Positions 7,677 to 14,400 of a stretch of 38,771 nt of DNA are shown here, piece by piece. The notes below the pieces were generated by a model. It searched no databases and was not told the DNA's origin. It was given only the letters and a program-made list of their open reading frames with translations. The position numbers and the translations under genes are program-made. Each line of letters starts with the position of its first letter. Within the stretch, counting starts at the first letter, position 1. Source of the DNA: a virus (taxonomy: Duplodnaviria > Caudoviricetes); IMG/VR virus record IMGVR_UViG_3300049926_000098, positions 1 through 38,771 of that record, one strand, 5' to 3'.

Positions 7677-8323
7677 AACTCGTCGCCGGATGGTGGATGC
7701 CTGATCACGAAGCCCACCTTGGACCATGGATGTCGGCACCGAAGAACAAAATGATGCTGCACGGTCGGCAGCCTTACCAAGGCAAGAAGCAGCTCGCGGT
7801 TCTCGCACATTGCACCCGTCGGCGGATCGCCGTCGATGTCGGCGGTCACTGCGCCACTTGGGCGTTCAACTTGGCCCACGAGTTCGAGCATGTCCACGCG
7901 TTCGAGCCGGTTCAAGAACACCGAAACTGCTTCGTCCGCAACACCGAAGGCATGTCGAACATCACCCTGCACGCTTGCGCGCTTGGTGTCGAGGCCGGAA
8001 GCGTCTCTATCGAGACCGAGCAGGGCAGCAGTGGCAACAGCCGAGTCAAGGGCACCGGCACGATCCCGATGCACACGCTGGACAGTTTCGAGCTCACGAC
8101 TGTCGACCTGATCAAGATCGACGTGGAGGGGCTGGAGGAGGCCGTGCTGCGCGGCGCCGCCGAGACGTTGAAGGCGAACATGCCCGTCGTGATCGTAGAA
8201 CAGAAGCGCGACATGAGTTTGCGGTTCGGCTTGCCGACGCTGGGCGCCGTGCGGTTCCTCGAGTCTCTCGGGTACAAGCAAGCCGCTGAAATCAGCGGAG
8301 ACCACATCATGGTGCCAGCATGA
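7673..8323 (+). CDS. FkbM-family methyltransferase
   Basis: AVDVGGHCA, VHAFEP, ACALG, TLDSF, DLIKIDVEGLEEAVLRGA, PVVIVE. Confidence 0.9.
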   Translation: MKLVAGWWMPDHEAHLGPWMSAPKNKMMLHGRQPYQGKKQLAVLAHCTRRRIAVDVGGHCATWAFNLAHEFEHVHAFEPVQEHRNCFVRNTEGMSNITLHACALGVEAGSVSIETEQGSSGNSRVKGTGTIPMHTLDSFELTTVDLIKIDVEGLEEAVLRGAAETLKANMPVVIVEQKRDMSLRFGLPTLGAVRFLESLGYKQAAEISGDHIMVPA

Positions 8324-9015
8324 GCGCGCTCCGTGTGTTCGTGGGTTACGACGAAAGGGAGCACCGCGCCGCGGAGGTCGCGATCAAGAGCCTGCGCCGC
8401 GTGGCGCCGGACCTGGAGCCCGAGCTGCTGTGCGCCGGCAAGCTCGCCGACCAGGGGCTGCTGACGCGCATCTCCGACCACCGCGGTGGTCAGGACTACT
8501 GCCTGGTGAGCAACGCACCTAAGAGCACGCGCTTCGCCATCAGCCGGTTCCTCACGCCGATCCTATGCCAACAAGGCTTCGCTCTCTTTGTCGACTCGGA
8601 CGTGGTGTTCGACGAAGATCCTCGCAGGATGCTGACCGAGGTCAACGCGCACCATGCGGTCAGCGTCGTCAAGCACAGCCGCTACGTCCCTGCTCGCGAG
8701 AAGATGGTCGACCAACTCAATGTCGGGTACCGCCGCAAGAACTGGTCGAGCGTGATGTTGTTCAACTGCGACCACGCAGCCAACCGCAGGCTCTCGCTGC
8801 GCGACGTGAACGAGCGCCGTGGCCTGAACCTGCACCAGTTCTATTGGTTGGCCGACGACGAGATCGGCGAGTTGGATTCACGGTGGAACCAGCTCGTCGG
8901 TGAGCAGCCGGTGACGCCTGGCTGCGGCATCCTGCACTTCACGCTCGGCGGCCCGTGGCTGCCGGGCTGGCAGGGTGCCGAGCACGACGACATCTGGTTG
9001 GAGGCTGCGAAGTGA
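8320..9015 (+). CDS. GT-A fold glycosyltransferase (GT8-like / CDI-like)
   Basis: VFVGYD.RE, ST.F..SRFL.P, LFVDSD (DxD), RKNWSSVMLFNCDH, WNQLVG, LHFTLGGPW. Confidence 0.85.
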   Translation: MSALRVFVGYDEREHRAAEVAIKSLRRVAPDLEPELLCAGKLADQGLLTRISDHRGGQDYCLVSNAPKSTRFAISRFLTPILCQQGFALFVDSDVVFDEDPRRMLTEVNAHHAVSVVKHSRYVPAREKMVDQLNVGYRRKNWSSVMLFNCDHAANRRLSLRDVNERRGLNLHQFYWLADDEIGELDSRWNQLVGEQPVTPGCGILHFTLGGPWLPGWQGAEHDDIWLEAAK

Positions 9016-9209
9016 AGTACGAGCAGCTCATCGACGGGGTCGGCACCACCATCCCGTCCAGCAAGCTCATCCGCTTCGCGTGCTGCGACTGCGGTCTCGT
9101 GCACGACATGGTGCTGGTGAGCCACGACAACAAGCCGATCGGCATGGCGGTGCGGCGCAACGCGCGGGCCACCGCTGGCCGCCGGCGCAGGAAGGACCTC
9201 AAGCGATGA
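9012..9209 (+). CDS. Small hypothetical protein with CCDCGLVH motif and basic tail
   Basis: GTG start overlapping the upstream stop; ATGA coupling to the next gene. Confidence 0.65.
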   Translation: MKYEQLIDGVGTTIPSSKLIRFACCDCGLVHDMVLVSHDNKPIGMAVRRNARATAGRRRRKDLKR

Positions 9210-9496
9210 GCAACGTCGTGCCCTTCGGCCGCGAGCCGGCCAACGACCCGGGCACGCAGTGGGCCCAAGGTCCCGCGTTCTGCATCGGCTGCGACCACAC
9301 GTGGCAAGCTGTGGCGCCCACCGGCACGACTGAACTGGAGTGCCCGTCCTGTCGCACGATGAAGGGCAAGTGGAAGTTCGAGTTCATGCCGCCGTCCGAC
9401 CAGATGGTGCGGCAGTGCAACTGCGGCAACCAGCTCTTCTACCTCACGCCTGACGGGCACCTTTGCGCCAACTGCGGCATCTATCAGCGGTACTAG
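9206..9496 (+). CDS. Small Cys-rich Zn-finger protein
   Basis: CIGC, CPSC, CNCG, CANC pairs; AAGGA RBS. Confidence 0.7.
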   Translation: MSNVVPFGREPANDPGTQWAQGPAFCIGCDHTWQAVAPTGTTELECPSCRTMKGKWKFEFMPPSDQMVRQCNCGNQLFYLTPDGHLCANCGIYQRY

Positions 9497-9525
9497 AATT
9501 CAGGCTTCACCACCTGGAGTGCACC

Positions 9526-9702
9526 ATGGCCAAGAACTGGATCGTCGGCGCCATCAAGAAACCCGGCGCCCTTCACGCCGACCTGGGCGTGCCGCAAGGC
9601 AAGAAGATTCCAGCCGGCAAACTGAAAGCCGCGGCGAAGAAGAGCGGCAAGGTCGGCCAGCGCGCCCGCCTAGCCGAGACCCTCAAGGGCATGCGCAAGT
9701 AG
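9526..9702 (+). CDS. Small Lys/Ala/Gly-rich basic phage protein
   Basis: MAKNWIVGAIKKPGALHADLGVPQGKKIP...RARLAETLK; GGAG RBS; TAGAAT -10-like box at 9494. Confidence 0.75.
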   Translation: MAKNWIVGAIKKPGALHADLGVPQGKKIPAGKLKAAAKKSGKVGQRARLAETLKGMRK

Positions 9703-9704
9703 CC

Positions 9705-10229
9705 CTACTTCACCGGGTCAGCCTTGGCCAGCATCTCGGTCTTCACCTCGCTCGCGCGGGTGGTTCCGAACCAGAAGGCCATCACCATCCCCCAGGCCGT
9801 GCCAAGCGACCCGAGCATGATCAGCAGGGCCTGCGAGTCCGAGACATGGAACACGCCCGTCATCATGCCGACCAGCACGCCGAAGTAGCCAAGCGTCACG
9901 GCGATCGACAGCACTGCCGGCACAGGGCTGCGCTGCGCGACCTGCATGGCGCGCGCGTCCTTGCGGTCGCCGGCCGCCAGCGCCTCGAGATCGGTGACTT
10001 GCTTGAAGCCCAGCTCCTGCATGTGGATCGCGAAGTCCTGGTCGGCCCTCTTCAGCGCCAGCATCTGCTCCGGCGTCGCGCCGGAGATCGCTTGCTTGAC
10101 CGCGTCGGCGGTCTTGTCGCTGAGGCCGAGCGCGTTGGCCGCTGCCTCGACGGCCATGCCGCCCAGCGGGCCGCCGAGCGCGGTGCCGATCCACGGCGCC
10201 ACGGTCCTGACGATGCTGCTCCAGTCCAT
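9705..10229 (-). CDS. Holin-like membrane protein (3TM/GTA-type)
   Basis: VAPWIGTALGGPLGG, DRKDARAMQ, two C-terminal TM segments, FWFGTT; adjacent to endolysin. Confidence 0.7.
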   Translation of the reverse strand: MDWSSIVRTVAPWIGTALGGPLGGMAVEAAANALGLSDKTADAVKQAISGATPEQMLALKRADQDFAIHMQELGFKQVTDLEALAAGDRKDARAMQVAQRSPVPAVLSIAVTLGYFGVLVGMMTGVFHVSDSQALLIMLGSLGTAWGMVMAFWFGTTRASEVKTEMLAKADPVK

Positions 10230-10231
10230 GC

Positions 10232-10696
10232 TCAGTCCTTCAGGTTGGTGGCGATACGCTGCGCCCAGCCCCGCCCATAGGTCGGCCACGTCGGCAGGTC
10301 GTTGAGGTAGTCGAGCCGCGCGCCGTTGAAACGCGCGTGCACCTGGTACTGGTTCATCGACTGCAGGGCCTGTAGCGTCCGGGGGCCAAGCGCGCCATCG
10401 TCGGTCTCGCCGACGGCGCGCTGCAGCAGCTTGATCGCCATCTTCACACCGCTGTTGTAGGCCGTGTCGAAGAGGTCGAACTTCACTGCATCGGGCATCG
10501 CGTCGCAGCCGGCCGGCCCCCAGAAATCACGGCGTGCCAGTTCCTTTGCATGCTCGATCGTCAGCGCAGCGATGTCCTCGCCGGGGTAGCTGCGTTTGCT
10601 GATGCCGAACTTCGTCTCGCCACCCGGATCCCGTGGGTCGTTGACGTAGCCACCCTCGTGGCCCAGTAGTCGCTCGAATGCTTGATCGAAATCCAT
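10232..10696 (-). CDS. Endolysin, glycoside hydrolase family 108 with PG-binding domain
   Basis: HEGGYVNDPRDPGGETKFGIS, FDTAYNSG, LLQRAVG..DDG.LGPRT, YGRGWAQR. Confidence 0.93.
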   Translation of the reverse strand: MDFDQAFERLLGHEGGYVNDPRDPGGETKFGISKRSYPGEDIAALTIEHAKELARRDFWGPAGCDAMPDAVKFDLFDTAYNSGVKMAIKLLQRAVGETDDGALGPRTLQALQSMNQYQVHARFNGARLDYLNDLPTWPTYGRGWAQRIATNLKD

Positions 10697-10697
10697 G

Positions 10698-10973
10698 TCA
10701 GCCTCCTCTGAGCCCGCGCCACGTCGCGTAGGCGGTGCCTACGGCCGCGGCGATGACGGTGAACCACTTCGCGAACCGCTCGAGCGTGACGAGCGTGTCC
10801 ATCAGCTTGGTCTGTTCGGCCTGCTGCTGTTCAATCTTGTCGAGCTTGGCCTTCATCGCTAGGAACTGCTCGGCGGTTGGCATGCCCTCGATCTTCTCGA
10901 CGATCTTGTCCATGGCTTCGCGCATGTAGTCGACGTGGACCTTGAGTGCCACGAGTTCGGTTTCACTGCTCAT
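10698..10973 (-). CDS. Small coiled-coil protein with C-terminal TM helix (lysis accessory candidate)
   Basis: GGAG RBS before ATG 10973; coiled-coil followed by KWFTVIAAAVGTAYATW. Confidence 0.65.
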   Translation of the reverse strand: MSSETELVALKVHVDYMREAMDKIVEKIEGMPTAEQFLAMKAKLDKIEQQQAEQTKLMDTLVTLERFAKWFTVIAAAVGTAYATWRGLRGG

Positions 10974-11385
10974 GATTGTCTCCATCTGTTGCAGTTTGTG
11001 AACTGTCATGTCTTCCAGGTCCGAGCCGCAACAGAAGCAATGCAACCAGCAGTATCCCGTAGGAACTCACGTTCACGCCGAGCTGGGCCGAGCAGCGCTC
11101 GTCGCCGATCGGGAGCATCGGTCGCACCAGGTAGAGCACTTCGCAGGCGAACACCACGAGCTCCTCGGCAATCCACCACAACGCCACCAGCACAGCAGCC
11201 TGCGCCAGCCGGCGCGGCAAGTTGAACTGGCCAACGCAGATCACCAGCAGGGTCAACACCAGCGCGATCGTTGCGCCGGCGCCGGCCATGGTCCACACGC
11301 TGGTCTGCCATGCTGTAGCGAAGAGCGGCCACCCGTAGTGCTTGAACAAGCCGAGTGCCAGCAGGAACCCGGCGAGCCATTTCAC
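10963..11385 (-). CDS. Multi-pass membrane protein
   Basis: GTG start (GTGA overlap); MKWLAGFLLALGLF... with about four hydrophobic segments. Confidence 0.6.
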   Translation of the reverse strand: MKWLAGFLLALGLFKHYGWPLFATAWQTSVWTMAGAGATIALVLTLLVICVGQFNLPRRLAQAAVLVALWWIAEELVVFACEVLYLVRPMLPIGDERCSAQLGVNVSSYGILLVALLLLRLGPGRHDSSQTATDGDNHEQ

Positions 11386-11486
11386 TTCGGCTTGCCCGGA
11401 TCCGTCGGTGCACCCTGCGTGGTCACGCCACCCTTGCCGAGGATGGCGGCCCAGAGGTTCTTGAGGTAGGTCTTGATCGTGTTCAT
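11382..11486 (-). CDS. 34-aa peptide MNTIKTYLKNLWAAILGKGGVTTQGAPTDPGKPK (not in ORF track)
   Basis: Read directly from sequence; ATGA overlap with the upstream gene and GTGA overlap with the downstream gene fill the gap exactly. Confidence 0.6.
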   Translation of the reverse strand: MNTIKTYLKNLWAAILGKGGVTTQGAPTDPGKPK

Positions 11487-14400
11487 GTTGGTTGCCCGTT
11501 GTACGACTTGATGACGCGCGCCTGCACGGCCTTGATGCGAGCCTGGATGGGCTCGGCGTCCTGACCTGCAGCGCCGGCGGCGCGCAGCTCTTTGAACAAC
11601 CCCCGCAGCTCGCGCTCTGCGGCCTCGAACTCCGGCAACGCACGCGCCACCTTGGGGTCGATCTTCTCGGGCGTGCCTGCCTTCTGGTAGTCACGCGCGT
11701 ACTCGAATTGTGGCGCAAGTTCCTTGTAGCGCCGGCTGGTGTAGCTTTTCGGTTCCTCGAACACGAAGCGGTTGGCGATCGGCAGCTTGTTCACGTCGAC
11801 CGGCTTGTCCTTGATGACGCTGTCGGCGATGTTCTTCGACTGCATCGCGAGCTGCCCCAGGCCGCCGGTGTAGAAGCCGACGATGTGCTCGATGCCTTCG
11901 GGCGCGACGAGCGGTCCGAGCGCCTTCTGCGACAGGCCCGGCGTCACCGCATCGCCGCCCGTCGCCGCGTTGGCCAGCTGCGAGATGCCCTTGGCGATGT
12001 CCGACGTGTTGGCACGGCTCTTGGTGTAGTGTGGCGCCGGGCTGTGGTCGCCGACCTGCTCGGGCACGATGGGCTGGCCGAAGTAGTTCTGCTTCGTCCA
12101 CAGGTCGGCGAACGGCGACGCGAGCGTGGGCACCAGGGCCTTGCCGACGGCCAGCGCGCTGCTGTCGGCGTCGGGCAGGCGCACGGGCAGCGTCGCGTCT
12201 AGGACAGCTCCAGCGATTCCGGCTGCTTCCCGTCCCACGTCCTTCTGGGAGGCAGCGCGCCACAGGCGGCGGCCGATCGCAAAGAGGACGGCGTACTCCG
12301 GAGGCAGCGGAATCTTCGCGCCGCTCTTCGAGCCAGGAGCCAGTACCACCAGGTTCTTGTCGGCAACTGGGTCATTCTGCGAGTTGATGTTGGGCTCACC
12401 GGTTTCCTCGTTCTGACCACCGACCTGCTCGTTGTACGCCTGCGCGGCGGCGCCGAGCGCCACCATCGCGAGCATACCCCGGCGCACCACCGGGCTCTTC
12501 GCGTAGACGGCGGTGTTGCGCAGGCCCTGCAGCGCCGCGTTCGCGAACACCAGCACGCTGTTGAGCGTGCGGCCGTACTCGCCCGAGCGATTGAAGTTGA
12601 CCGTGATCTCCTTGGCGGCGCGCGCGGCGGCGCGCGGCGTCTCGCCGACGGCGCGCATCTCCTTGTACAGCGCGAAGCGCGAGGCGTACTCCATCACCTC
12701 GTTGCCGCTGCTGATCAGATGCGCGGCCGAGCCCAGCGCGTTCTTCAGGCGCCGGCCGTAGCCGCCCTTCTGGTCCTCGTAGCCCAGCTCGGCGCCGGCT
12801 TTCTCGAGCTTGCGCATCGTGTCGCTGAGCTGCTGGATGCCGTAGGCGCCGGTCTTGCCACCGGTCTCCAGGAACTCCTTGTACAGCTTGGCGTCCGGCG
12901 TGTCCTTGCCGCGCTTGTACTGGGTGATCGCTTTCCAGGCCGAGGGGATGCCAGCGACCGTCTTGGCTGCGCTGACCTTGTCGTGCGCGCCGGCGCGCAC
13001 TGCCACCGTGATGGCGTCCTTCACGGCGTTGGGGACCGTGAACGCCGGGTTGAACTCGGTCAGCATGCGGCCGACCGTGCCCGTGCCGCGGCCGATCGCG
13101 GCCAGCACCGGTCCGGGGTCATTGGCCGTGGCCACCTTGCGCAGCTGGTCGCGCAGCAGCTCGTCGGGCACGAACACTCGTTGCTGCTCGCCGTCGATCA
13201 CCAGGCTGAGCGTCAGATCCTGCACCTTCTGCGCGTCGACGATGCTCTTGACCTTGCCGTCTGGGCCGATCTTGCGGCCCAGCACCTCGGCCGGCGGGTT
13301 CTTCTCATCGTACGGCTGGATGAAGTCCTGCGCCTTGGGATCCTTGGCGTACTCCCAGATCGTGCGGTCGACACGCGCCTTCTCGCCACGCATGATCTCG
13401 CGGCTGGCATCCATCACGCTGGCTGCGATCGGGCTGGACGCCTTCGTCGAACGGCCCAGCGCGGCGGTGATGTCGTTGGCGCGCATCTCGTAGCCGCGCC
13501 CGACGCCCGTGAACTCGGCCTCCTCGTCCAGCGTCTTCAGCGGCACGTAGTTCTTGTACTGCCCGTTCAGTTCGTCACGCTTTTTCGCCGTGATCAAGCC
13601 ATCCTCCACCATCGCGTCCAACTTGCGCTTGTGCAAGCCGTGCACGATCGCCGCGACCGCGTCCAGGTGCTTGCGCTGCGCGGGCGTGAACCCCTCGACA
13701 ATGGCCTTGGCCTGGGCATTCGTCAGGCCCGAGCCACCGTCCTGCATCTTCGGGTTGCGCGCGGCGATCACCTTGTTGCGCTCCGGCGCGTGCAGTGCCA
13801 TCAGGTAGTCGTCGGCGTCTCGCACGCTGATGCCTGCCTTCTTGGCGTCCTGCAACGCCTTGCCCAGCGGCTTCATGACCTGCTCGTTGAGTTCGTCCCC
13901 ACGTTGCTGCGCGCGCCCGCTGTACAGTGCGTCTGCTCCGAGGATGTCCGCATCTTCGGACTTCGGCTCCACAGTCTTCTGCAGCTTGGCCACCCGGTTG
14001 GAGCGGTCGAACAACTTGCGCACGACAAGTTCCGACTTCGTCTCGTCGTCCAGCTTGCGCTTGCCCTGCTCGACGCTGAACAGCTTCTCTTCGGCCGCGA
14101 TGGTGGCCTTGGCTTCGGCGGTCTTGAGCGTACCCGTCGACTGCTCGGTGCCGCGGTTCTTCTCGGCGTTCAGCACGTGGTCCAGTGCCTTCAGCACCGG
14201 TGCGTCGGAGCGCAGGCCCGCGGCGCCCTTGACGTGCTCGACCATCTCTTTCAACCAGCGCACGGCGTCGGTGCGCCAGGCGTTGCGGCCGGCGTGCCGT
14301 TCGGTCAGCAGGCGCGCGGCGTTGACGGCCCAGAACTCGGACGGGTTCGTCAGGTGGTAGTGCTTCGCGATGTCCAGAGCGCCGCTCTTGAACGCGTCCT

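Noticed and set aside
5836-8323. Methyltransferases as DNA methylases of a restriction-modification system
   Set aside because: No DPPY/NPPY or PC motifs seen and no cognate restriction enzyme; motifs fit small-molecule or sugar methyltransferases
3434-9015. Interpretation as a captured host capsule/LPS locus or GtrABC serotype-conversion cassette
   Set aside because: No transporter, flippase, polymerase, membrane GT or sugar-nucleotide synthesis genes; genes are compact, phage-like in GC and coupled to phage genes
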